Positions 23,188 to 34,900 of a stretch of DNA of 64,000 bases are shown here, one piece after another. Under the pieces are notes generated by a model. The model worked only from the letters and a program-made list of their open reading frames with translations, was not told the origin of the DNA and did not search any database. Position 1 is the first letter of the stretch, and each line of letters opens with the position of its first letter. The stretch is from Caecitellus pseudoparvulus. Lineage: Eukaryota; Protista; Bigyra: Bicosoecida. The stretch is from NCBI GenBank assembly GCA_965644315.1, contig CBFFRQ010000019.1, positions 186,001 to 250,000 of the forward strand. The letters are read 5' to 3'. The position numbers and the translations under genes are program-made.

Positions 23188-24039
23188 ATGGCGGCAGGCG
23201 ATTTAGGAGAGGTACGTGAGCCCCACGGTGTGACAGGCCGCGGCAGTGCCCTTTTTGCCAAAGAAGATGCATTTTTCCGGGCTGGCCGGGTTAAGCGCCC
23301 ACCCAATCCACCTTCTCTGGGCCGCACGCCGCGCTGGGGTTGCTTGCTCTTCGCAGTATGTGCTAGTGGTGGGCGATTTCCACATCCCCGACCGAGCCAA
23401 CGCCATCCCCGAGCAGTTCAAGGAGTTGCTGAAGCCAGGACGCATGCAGCATGTGCTGTGTACGGGGAACTTGACCGCCCCCGCCCAGATGGAAGCGGTG
23501 ATGGAGCTGGCGCCAAATGTGCACACAGTCCGTGGCGACTGTGATGAGGACGAGACGCTGCCTGAGGAGACTGTCGTGGTCATTGGCAGCTTCCGCATCG
23601 GCCTGTGCCACGGGCACCAAGTGAGCCCTGCCGGCAGCACGCAGGCCTTGGCACACCTCCAGCGGCGCATGGATGTGGACGTGCTTGTGACCGGGCACAC
23701 CCACCAGCACAGCATCGTGGAGTACGAGGTGTGTGGCACCAGCCCAGGCCTTGCGACACCGCAGAGACCCACCAGCCCCGCCATCCTGCTGCACAGAACA
23801 AACTGTTTGTGAACCCTGGGAGTGTGACAGGGGCCTTGTCCCCATCCACAGAGTGCGTGGTGTGCTCGCCGTGCCGCTGCGCTTCCATCACGCAGCTAGC
23901 TAGCTCCCACCGCAGGGACGTCGTGCCTTCCTTCCTCCTCTTTGCCGTCAAAGACAAGACCATCAACGTTTACATTTACCAAGTCGTGGATGGCAAGCGC
24001 ACTGTGACTCAGGCCGAGTTCACCAAGCCTGACGCTTGA
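23188..24039 (+). CDS. VPS29: Retromer subunit VPS29; 4 exons
   Basis: MAAGDLGE|YVLVVGDFHIP..FKELLKPGRMQHVLCTGNL..VRGDCDE..HGHQV..DVLVTGHTH..|NKLFVNPGSVTGA..|DVVPSFLL. Confidence 0.96.
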
Positions 24040-24223
24040 GCTGCAGGCGGCTGTGTCACCCCCCCCTCAGACACACTGCGCCTAGCCTCACCTCTCGGCA
24101 CAGGCCGGCTAAACCCAAACCAACCGACTGTCTCCTTTGCTTCCAATGCACTTCGTACCGCGCAACTTGCCGTTGCATGGGACCTTGACCAGCCAAAGCA
24201 CCACCTCCACCGCATTTCTGACC

Positions 24224-24811
24224 ATGCCGTCGTCCAGTTTGTCAGAAGATCCGAGGCGGCCTGAGGCCATCACCCGACTGCCGAAGGAGAACATAAACTC
24301 GGATGACATTCCTCCAAGTCTGTATGGCATGGCTAGCATGTTCTTGGGCATGGCAGGTGCGCTGGCAGCGATTTCCGCAGCTATCCACCTGCTTCTTGCT
24401 GTGCCTGCGGCGGTGACGGTGCCTGCACGGGTCCCCCGCAACGCTGTCACAGGATTGCTCATGCGGTACAAGCTCGCTGCATGGCTGGCGCTGTTCGCTT
24501 GCATGGCAAACATCGCCAACATGCGCACGGTGCGTGACACAGGTGGCTGTCCTGGCTATGCAAGGCAGCGCAGACTGCGCCCTTTCCGGCCCCTGCACAG
24601 GTCGAGTGGGACACACGCCAAGTCATCATGAACTTAGTGTGAGTGTTTTGCATTCCACGCGTCGCCTGGGCCTTCAATCGGACTTCCTCGCTCGACACGC
24701 AGCATTTCGCTGATGGGCTTGTTCACCTGTTACTTCACACCGGAGGGCCAGTCGGGACTGGCCTCGCTGCTGGGGCAGTCAAGCGGGTCTGCATCGAGCG
24801 GCGGATCGTAG
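24224..24811 (+). CDS. WDR83OS: PAT complex subunit Asterix (WDR83OS/UPF0139); 4 exons
   Basis: DPRRPEAI..DDIPPSLYGMASMFLGMA|GLLMRYKLAAWLALFACMANIANMRT|VEWDTRQVIMNLV|ISLMGLFTCYF. Confidence 0.88.
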
Positions 24812-24835
24812 TCGCCACCCTGCCTGAATGCATTC

Positions 24836-25746
24836 CTATCGCGTCTCACTGCCCCCCTCACTGTCCATCGCAACCTCGCTCTCCTGCCCGAGGCTGGCCC
24901 GCGCGCTCTCGGCCTTCGCTTGCCAGCACTCACTGTGACCTGTGAGCCACCGCTCGTCCAAGGCAGCCATGTTACACGGAAACTGCTCTTTGTCTGCAGC
25001 GCCAGCAAGGGGCGACCGGGTTCAGTGCCGCCGCATGAGCTTGCCCGCGAGGCGCCAGGCGTACCGAGGAAAGAGTTCACTTGATTGTGCAGCTTGCACA
25101 GATACAGCGCAAGCTCTTCCCGCGAGGCGAGACTGCGGGAGGGCACGCGCTCCATGGTGAATCACAATGTCCCCTGCCTCACTGGCAACCCTCAGTTGCG
25201 CGCATGGCAGGCACTTACGTGGGAGGGTGCTTCTCTAGATGCTCCTGCAGGTGTGCTGCACAGTGGCGGCAAGGGTACAGCAGTCCCAGCCCCATGAGGA
25301 TTCCTCGTGCGGCAGCTTGCTCCTTCTCAGTCGGCTGATCCGGATAATGTGCGGCCAGGGAGTGCAGCTGCGGCGAAGGAAGGTAACTGGCGTCGAGTTT
25401 CGCAGCGAAACGCCACCCGGCAAAGCGTCCCCCAAAGCTGCTCAGCACGCACCAGCTGCCACGAATGGAACCCCAGCTCTGCACGATCAGGAGGACACAG
25501 GGACATGTCTGGAACCGGGCCAGCCTGTGCCTCTGCAGCTTCCCTTGGGCTGTCAACTGCCTTAGTCCTCTGCGCTTGGACCTTGGACATCATGGCCAAG
25601 AACTCTTCCTTGCTGCTGCAGGCAGTGCTCGCACAAGCTGTGTACGATCCGCGCTCGCAGACTGCTGCTGATGGCAGTGATAGCAGGGCGAGGCCAGCTG
25701 CGCCCGCTGCGCTTGTCGTCGCACGCCGAAGCCACATTCTTTCCAT
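24836..25746 (-). CDS. ERV1: Erv1/ALR FAD-linked sulfhydryl oxidase; 4 exons
   Basis: CPPDRAELGFHSWQL|LHSLAAHYP..LYPCRHCAAHL..|LASREELALYLCKLHNQVNSFL|DKEQFPC..LDERW. The start could be at 25746 or 25737. Confidence 0.92.
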
Positions 25747-25982
25747 TCACGCACAGTCCCGGCCACCAGGCTGCTTCAAGTTGTGACCATGCTGGGCATG
25801 CAGTGCACTCGAAATGGAACAATTGTCCGACCAAGAATTTGATGTTGGGTGCCTTGCGCGCAGCCGACCAGCGTCCATTGCCCCCCCCCCCCAAGGCGCC
25901 GCTGTGTTTGTGTTGCGACGCCAGTGCAGCTGTCAACGGCCTTGGCCTTGTGGGGCTGCCGGGGAACGGCGGATCTTTGGAC

Positions 25983-28900
25983 ATGGAGTTCATCGACCCA
26001 GACACGGACAGCTGGGAAGCGTACATGGCCGATGTGCCAGATGCCTGCCATGGTCTAGAGCTGGAGCCCATCGCAACGGCAAGCTGCGGCGAGCTGGGAG
26101 CCTCAATTTCCGCTGCTGCCATTGCCGTGCAAACTGCTGAAGGAGAGGCAGAGAGAGTCTGTGTGCTGTCTGACAAGCTGGTGTACATCTTAAGTAGCAC
26201 CATTGATGAGGGTATGTCGGCGCAGTCGCTGCGCAGTGTGCAGCAGGGAACATGCATCGACCGCTGCCGTTGCGCAGAGGATGCTGTCACTGCCACATCC
26301 CTCGCGGTGGACCTGGGGGGAGTGCCTTCCGCAGCTGCGTGGAGTCAAGACGGAAGCGTGCTGGCAGTGGGGGACGAAGAGGGCAAGGTTCACTTCCTTT
26401 CAGCGGAGGGCGCCCTGCTCTTCTCGCAAGTGGTATTCAAGGCTGACGGACTGGGCGGCGGCTTCGCCACCCTGGGCTTCCTGACTCCGCCTTCCATCTT
26501 GCAAGCCCAGCCTGAGCTGGTCTTGCTGTCCAAGGCAGGCTCCTTGCTGCGTCTTGGAAACCTGCCGCTGGCCAGTCTGTCCGCTGCCGCCGCTGCAGGA
26601 GACGCGGCATTGCTCCGCACACACAGGCGCAGCATCACGCAGGCTCGAGGGCAAGTTGGCCAGCAACCTGGCGTGGCGCGGGCAGCCTTAATTTGGGCGC
26701 CTGCATGCACTGCAGTCGTCTTGCCAGGAGAGGGTGCGCTTCTTGACATTTGGGGCGTGCGTGATGGCGCCGACAGCGCTGACCTGCTGTGCAGCGCAGG
26801 AGGGCCAGCCGGGGCCGGCAGCCTGGGCGGCCTGGCCGTGGATGGCGGGGGGCGCTTCCTCTTCGCAGGGCTCCAATGTGGAGACATCCTCTTGCTGGAC
26901 ATGGGGGACTTCGTGCGCTCCTCCGCTGTGGACAGGCAGCCCCCCTCGCAAACCCTCAGCGCCCCCGCCTTGCCCGGCGCCACCGACGCGCCCTACAAGC
27001 TGGCGGCCCTCGCAGCCCTGCCACGAGGTGGCAGTGAAGACGAAGAGGGCAGCGATGCAGCTGCCTTGGCCCTGGGGGCCCCAGGCGGTCCCCCGTCCCA
27101 CCTCGTCGTGCTGGTGGCCCTGTTGTCGCAGCACGGCGATCAGCCAGATACTCTCGCTTCTCTACGAGTGCTGCTGGAGGCTGGGGAGGATGGCACCATC
27201 ACGGCGTCTCTCACGCTGGACGCCTTTTGCCGGCTGCCACCCAGCAGCACTGCCCAGCCCGCGCTTCTGGCCCCTCCCACAGCCCTGGCCCGGTACCTGC
27301 TCGTGCTGCAGAGCAAGGCCACGCTGCAGCTGTGGGGAGCAGTGGAGGAGAGCCCACATGCAGCACTGCAACGGCTGCTGGCCGAGGGGGACACTGAGGC
27401 TGCTCAGGCATGGGCACAGCAGCACAGGCTTGAGCCCGGCGAGTTTGCCGCGGTGGAGGCCCAAGTCGTCGCGGACGCCCTTTCTGCAGCGTGCCATGGC
27501 GGCGCGGTCGATCCAGAAGACGAGGCGGAGCAGGTGCGGCGCCTGGCACAGCACCTTGACGCGGTGGAGACTGACCTCGCCCTGGTCGTCCAGCTGTGCA
27601 CGACCGTCTGCGTCACGCAGCAGGTGCACACGGAGAAGCTCCTGCAGTACGCTGCAGCACGGTGCAAGCTGGCGAGGGACGCCTCAGCCACAGGGGCTGG
27701 CTCAGAGCAGGGAGACAGCGTACAGGATCTACTGCAGGCAGTGCAAGAGCAGCAGTACCTCCTGGAGACGTACAAGCGGATGGTGAGCAGCGACGCAGCA
27801 GCTGCCTGCTTCGCACAGCGCCAGGGCACGGCTGCGCCCCCCAGTGACGAGGAAGGTGATGGGGAAGGCGCCTTGTGGCAGGCTGATGCTTGGCACGCAT
27901 TTCGAGACACACCGCTTGTGGACACGGTTGCCAGGCTGTTGGCAGTTGGGGCCATCCCGGCGCTGCAGTTGCTCTGCGTGCGGCACGGTGGGGCACAGGT
28001 GGGCAAGGCGCTGGCCTCTGCAGCGAGCGGGTTGCCACACCTGACCCCCCCCACGGCCATCGTGGCCCTGCTTAAGACGTACGCTGTACCTGTCGCCGAC
28101 GAAGCAGGCGCCGTTGCTCTCTCTCGCCTGGCCATCGCTCGTGCAGTGGCATGGGAGGCACACACGGGGGACCCACAGGCAGCCTTGCAGTGGCTCGCCG
28201 TCGGGTCAGGGGAGGGTGCCGTCGTTGGCGCGCATGCTCCTCAGCAGGCCATCTTGGCAGCGTGCAGCCGCACACAAGGGTGGCAGGCAGCAGGCGAAGC
28301 ATGGAAGGATCTGGGCCTGCAGGAAGTGCTGTGCCAGCCGCCTGACTCTGGCCTCATGTGCGTGCAGGCACCCCCCGGCCTGCCGCGCCTGCGGGCCCTG
28401 CTGCAAGCCCAAGCAAGCCTGCTCTCCACCTTCAACCTGCGGGTGTCCCTGAAGGAGCTGGCGCAGTGCACCCCTGGCGACGTGGTCGTCATGCTGCTGG
28501 ACGTGGAGGAGGACGCGGACAGCCTCCCCACCCATGTGTCTGCAGTGGTGGCCTCCTTCACAACCCAGCACGGGGTGGACCTGGCGGCTTGCTTGACCAA
28601 CTACATCCTGGACCTCACGGGCGCCCTCCAGGAAGTGGAAGACCCGGGGGCCTTGGAGCACCGCATCGTGCAGTGTGTGCGGTCCATCGCCGACCCAGAC
28701 GCACGGGTGGACGCGGCGCTGCAGTACCTCAAAGGTCTCTCCCCACCCTTCTCCCACCACGCAGATGCCGTGATTCGGGAGTGCATTGCAACGCCCTGCG
28801 CGCATGATGAGGCAGTCACGCTTCAACTGCGCCTGATGCATCTGCACTCTTTGTTCGGGCGGTACCCCATCAGCCGGGCAAACCTCAGCTCCACCATGCA

Positions 28901-31900
28901 TGCTCGGCTTGTGCTGGGCTATGTGACCTCCCGCACAGACAAGCCGGGCAGCGTCTTCGATGCCATGTGCTTGTGTGCAGGGTACCCCACCCTGTCATCC
29001 CAAGAGGCCACCTGCGGCCACATCCTGGCCCTTGCCATAGCCCCGCCGCACGAAGGAGAGGTGGCATTTTTGGCACGCCAGAGCCTGCACGACATCGTCT
29101 GCAGCCTGCCACCGCAGACCATGGCCGCTCACCTGCATGATGTGATCAGCGGAGCGGCTTCCACCCCGGAGCCTGGCGCCCCGCTCCTTCGGCGCCAGCT
29201 CGCGGCCCGTGCCGACAGGGCTGTTGCAGCCCTGTTTGCGCCTTTGCGGGCGGCGGCTGCGCTGCATGCTTGGCGCCATGGGCGATGGGAGGACCACGTG
29301 GCCAGCACACCGGAAGAGGACCACCCAGCACACCTGGTGCCGTACCATTTCGCAGGGGCTATGCGCCGCGCCATCGAAGGGCACCTCGCCCCCCCCGCGC
29401 CGCAAGGCGTCTGGCGTGTAGATGTCGAGGCACTGGAAGCTGCCACCCCGGCAGCGCGGCAGGAAGCGTCCCTGGTTTGCAGCGCCATGTTTGACACTGG
29501 TTTGGGCAGTGTGCTGCAGGCCTTCTCACTGCAGCGGGTCGCACATTGTGCTGCTGTGGCGCTGCAAGGCTTGGCAGCTGCCCGCACGAAACACCTGGCA
29601 GCCCTGCAAGCTGCTTTGGGTTTGAGCTCTTCCGTTCCTCCGCCCCCCAGCGCCATTTTGGCACTGCTGAGTGCCCTGGAAGCGCTGATGAAAGCGAGTG
29701 TGGCAGCATCCTCCCCCCCGACCATGTCATTGTTCAACGACGCTTACCTGTGGCAGTGGGATGCCGTGACAGGCTCAGACGCTTGGGCAGCAGCACAGCT
29801 CGACGAGCAAGCTCTTACCGAGCAAGTGACGGCAGCTGGTGGTGGGGAGGAAGTCACGCTGTCTGCCGCCTTGCACAGCCTCTGGAGCGTCTTGTCGTGC
29901 GATACTCTCCTTACGGCCCTCTCTGCCGCCATGACCTTGCGTGGACTGTTGCCCCACCTGGATGCCGCGGCATGGAGCGTCCATGGCCAGGAGGAGGAGC
30001 AGAAAGGACACCTGCTGGGGGTGCCTGTCATTCCTACTTCTCAAATCTGTCTGACACCCCCGTCGCTACAGCTGGACTGCACAGTGGCCGTGTCCACATG
30101 GGCTCAGCAGCACCGGCAGGCGTTCCGCAGGTTGCAGCTCGTCCTGGGGGTGGGGTTGCTTGGCGTACCTGGCTCCGAGGCTTCCGTCCTCCGGCGCCTG
30201 GCACGCGATGTAGAGGCCATCGGCAAGGAGCTTGCCTCCCCGGACGCCCCCCTTCGCTTGCTTTCCCAAGCTGCAGAGGGCCTGGGGCACCACCCCCTGC
30301 TCGTGCAGCTGCAGGCGGCAGATGCTGCCCTTCGCAGTGGCGACTCCAAGGCTGCAATTTGGTGGCTTCGCCACCTTCCGACTGCCACCCCGCGGAACGC
30401 TCTTCGCGCGGCTGCGCTGCAGGTGGCGGACCAGCTTGCTCAGTCTCTGGCCACAATGATGAAGGGCAGCGAGGCAGCTGCCAAGGACCTGGCAGAGGCG
30501 CTGAACGACGTTGGAGACCTGCAGCTGCGGCTGGCTCCATGGGGCTCCCATGACTCCAGCTCAGCCGCACAGTCTGCCTGCCACCTACCTGGCAGTGTGC
30601 TGAGCCACACGGATCAGGGGGAGTATGCCTCTACCCACGTGGCAGTGGCGGCCCCACGCAGACCCCTCACTCTTGCAGCGGACTTGTTCGGAGGCAGCGC
30701 CAGCCCAGCAGCTGGGCTGCCTGCTGCATCACCTCCACTCAGTGTGCCCGGCAGCGATGAAGCAGCAGCGCTAGCAAGTCGGGCCGTGCTGGGGGCAGCT
30801 TGGCAGGCTTCTGGTTCGTCCGTCATCTCAACACTGCCAGCGGTGCAGGCTGCGGGGGCGGCGTCGAGGGCCCTTCTAGCTGGAACACCCTCCGTACCCG
30901 AAGTGCAGGCCTTGGTTGCGCTCCTGCACAAGAATCGCTGCAGCACGCCTGAGCTGCACGTGCAAGCAGCAGGGGCGAGGGTGCCTCCCGTGCGAGAGGC
31001 CATGCAGCGCCTCCTGCACCACACCTTACACAGCGGGCATGTCGATGCTCGGTTGGCTATCTTGGCCCTGTTTGGGGGCTCTGCTCCCCTCGCTATCGAG
31101 GAGTTGCGCTCAGCAGCGACAGGCCGTGGTGGTGCCTTTGCTCGCCTCGCGACGCTGGGGTGCCTTGGTGTTGACCTCGCGGCTGCACTGGGTGATGCAT
31201 CACTGGCAGAGGAGAGCCGCCAGCTCCTCACGAGTGCGCACTGGTGGCAGTTGTTTGCGGGATCTGGCGTGCAAGTGCACCCCGACCGCATGCAAGTTCG
31301 TGTGGGCAGCGGCGACGGCGACGGTTATGCTGCATCTTTACTGCCAGTTGTCTTGCACTTGGCGAAGTTCGAAGTGGAGCAAGTCCAGGGATACTGCAGT
31401 GCCTATGGTGTGCCCGTCAGCACTGCCGCGTGCATCGGCGTTCAGATGCTCCTAGCTCACCCACCCACCCTGGATGCCTGCACCACCAGCGCTTCAGGTG
31501 AACCGCCAGTCATTGCCTCCTGGCACCACCGAGTGCAGAAGCTCGCGAATATTGCTGAGGCTTCACACCTGGCGGAAGCGCTGCAGGCGATCTTCCCCAA
31601 AATCAATGCGGTGGACTACGGGCGACTGCAGCTGGCGCTGACGCTGCTGTGCAGGGCTGACGATACCAACACCGAGGCGGCCTCTACGCTGGAGGTGCTC
31701 AGCGTGATATCCCGGTATGGTGCCGTGGCACTGCAACCTCACCCGGCCGTGCAGGCCGTGCACAGCTCGGGCGCCGCATCCGGGCCATTCTACGGGGCGG
31801 AGGAACTCTCTTTTGCCCCGCCTTCTGCTACAGTGAGCGGGCGATACAAAGTGTGGGTGCAGCAAAACGCCCCCTCTCGCCTCCCGCTGCACGAGCTGCT

Positions 31901-34900
31901 GGAGGAGCCATGGTCTGTCCTCATGCCCCAGTTGACGCCAGCCCGCGTCTCGTCCCTGCTGTCCCTTGCTCTCACCCTGGGGTTGCCGGGGGACGAGCTG
32001 TACCTGCACCTGGCGCGGCGCATGACGCTGGCCCTTGTGAAGCAAACCACGACACGTGCCAGGCGCGCGCAGATTCACAGCGCTGCCACCCTGGCGCTGT
32101 CCCACGTTCAGCACATCGCCACAACCCTCGCTGCGCGGAGCGGCATGGACCCCTGCGGGCCGTGCAGCACTGCTGTCATCTTCCACCATGTCCCCGCGGA
32201 GCTTCTTCCAGCTGGGGCAGTGAGCGAGCCAGCCAGTGCTCCTTCGGCCCCTCTAGGTGACTGGGATTCTACAGGCCTGCCGTCCACCCTTACTCTCCCC
32301 CAGCTCATGCAGCAAGTGGCCGCCATCAGCAATGCTGAAGTGGCGCTGGAGGTGCTGGAGTGGGCCCTGCAGCAGATCCCTAGCGACCGCGTCCAACTGC
32401 TCTCCCTGCACCCCGAGCTGCATGAGGCGCTGTGGGGTGACCCCACCGCGCCAGCAGCAGATCGACAGGCACTTACTGTCCGAGTGGCCATGCCGTGCTC
32501 TGGGGAGGGCGGCCCGCTGCAAGTGCAGCTGACGCTGCCCCTGGACGCAGCCTGCGCTGCGGAGGCTGAGGTGGCAGCCCTGTTCGGCCACACGGCCACC
32601 ACGCTGGGTGTGCTTCACGCTACGCCTGGGACTACCCTCACCACGGCCCGCATGCCTGCGGGGGCGGTGCCCGATGCCCACGCAGCCTTGGACTCTGCCA
32701 CACAGCGCACGCTGTCTCTGGCGCCCTTTCTGCCGCATGGCTGCCTGGCACAGAATGGGGCCGGAACTCCCATCGTCGGCTGCTGCCTCCCCCTTCAAGC
32801 CCCGGCCATGCCAGCTCAGTACGCAGTGCTGGGAGCTGGAGGCCAGCCGGTTCCTGGAGCACCAGTTGTAGACTCAGCATTCTTGGACACTGCAGCGCTG
32901 CCCCCTCCACACGCGCTCCGCCAAGGCCACGAAGTGTACCTGCAGTGCCTGCTGGAGAGCCCAGACGTGACAGAGGATGGGCTCGAAGCGGTGCGCGCGT
33001 ACAACAAACTCCTGGGAGAGGGCGGCAGCGCCGACAGCGCGAAGTTGCCACCGCCCCTCCGACCGTTCTGGAACCATGCGTCTGTCGTGGGCGCACAGGG
33101 CTCCACGTGCAGTGTCTTGCTGGACGAAGAGTCTTCACGTCTTGGCTTGCTGCCGCTGCGGCTGTGCACGGCAAGGGCAGCATGTGGCATCGCAATGCGC
33201 CACAAAAACGACCTGGTAGAGATAGCTGGCAGCGAGGCAGCCCTGATGGCAGACGGTGGGGTTATTGGGGATGCATATGCTGCCCTAATGGAGAGCGTGG
33301 GGCGCATCTTGGAAGAGGCCAGCATGGATGCCTCCCGCATGGGACTGGCCGCGTTGGGGCCGGCAGCCTATGCCATGTTCGTGCCGTTGTTGGAGACGCC
33401 GGGAGACCTTGTAAAGGGCTTGCTGGCAGCACTGGCAGCACCTGCTGCATGTGTCGCGCTGCGAGGCGGAGGCCTAGGGAACGGCGTCGCAGCCATGCCC
33501 TGCCCGGCCAGTGCTGCTGCTGCTACAGCATTCCACACGCCCCTCGGAAGCGGGTGGGAGTTGTTCGAGTTTCTCTTTTGCCTGGCCTCCAAGTACAGTG
33601 ACCTGGGGATGTACTCTGCCAAGGGCAATCTGGTGCAGCGGTGGTTGCTGCGCCCACTGCAGCTGGCGCCCCTGCCGCCTCTGCCGCCTGCCCTGCAGTC
33701 ACTCGAACCCAGCGAAGTAGCAGAGGAACTTAACATTTTGCGAGTGCTGTACGTACTCGATGCCCCAGCACACGTGCCCATGTTGCCCAGTGCTGGCGGC
33801 AAGCCAGATTTGTTGGGTGATCGGAAGGCTGGCGGCACTGTGCTGATTAAGGTCGCGTACATGAAGGATACCAGTCGGGTGAGCTTGAGGGCTCGGGTAC
33901 GCGCGTTGAGTGCGTTGCTGCAATTGCTCCCTCCCCTCCACATCAATGCCCTGTACTCAAAAGGGCTTCCAGCCTTGGGACAGTATTGGCAAGAGTGCAG
34001 CAAGCTCGCCGCGCTGAGGGATGCTCAGGTGCCAGTGGACCTGTTGACGCTGCAAGGCAGTGACCCCCTTCCTTTGGTACGGGGCCTGTGGCGCGACCAT
34101 GGGGCCATGCGCGCTGCCCCCTTGGCACTCCACAAAGTCCTGGCAGACATCCTTTTGGACGCCCGTGTAGAAGATGCTGCGCTGTGGCACACTCTGCTGT
34201 CAAGCATGCAGCGGCGGGGCTGGCACACCCCAGTCCGTCAGCTCCTCTTGCGACTAGCTGAAAGCGGCATGCACCGTAGCTTGGTAGGGGTGGACATGCA
34301 GGGGGTGTGGGACACTGCAATCGCGTGGCCCACCACATGGCTCCGGTCGCGACATGAGGAAGGCCCACCAGTAGCACTGCCTGGAGGCCCAGCTCAAACC
34401 CCATCAGACTTGGTGCACCATGCTGCTGCAGTGCACTTGACTTCTTCGCAGGTGTGGGAGGCGGAGGGTCTCCTCGAGGCGCTGCGCAGCACAGTGCACC
34501 TGCTGTTTGTGAGCCCCTCCCCGCCTGCTGATCTCTCAGCTCTGGTGCAAGAGGTGGCTTCGCTTGGCAGTGTGACGGCTAGCATTGCGCTCAACATGGC
34601 CATGACACCCCTCTCACATTCCACAAAGGCAGGTTTGCTGCAAGACGTGGTGCGCGTGGCTGGCTTCCTTCCTGCCCTGCTTGCAGCGCTGGGCACTGGG
34701 GCTGGCGATGACTTGCCTGGAGCAGCAGCCTCCCCGCTGCCTGCCTTGGTGCGAGAGCTCAGCGCTTCTAAGACCTTGTTGAAAGAGTCCTTGGGCAGTC
34801 GCCAGTGGCTTGCGATCGCCGCTGCACTGGCGAAGTTTTGCGATGACCCTACTCAGCAGAGTGTGGTGCAGGTGCTGCTCGAGTATGGTGCCCCTGCGCA

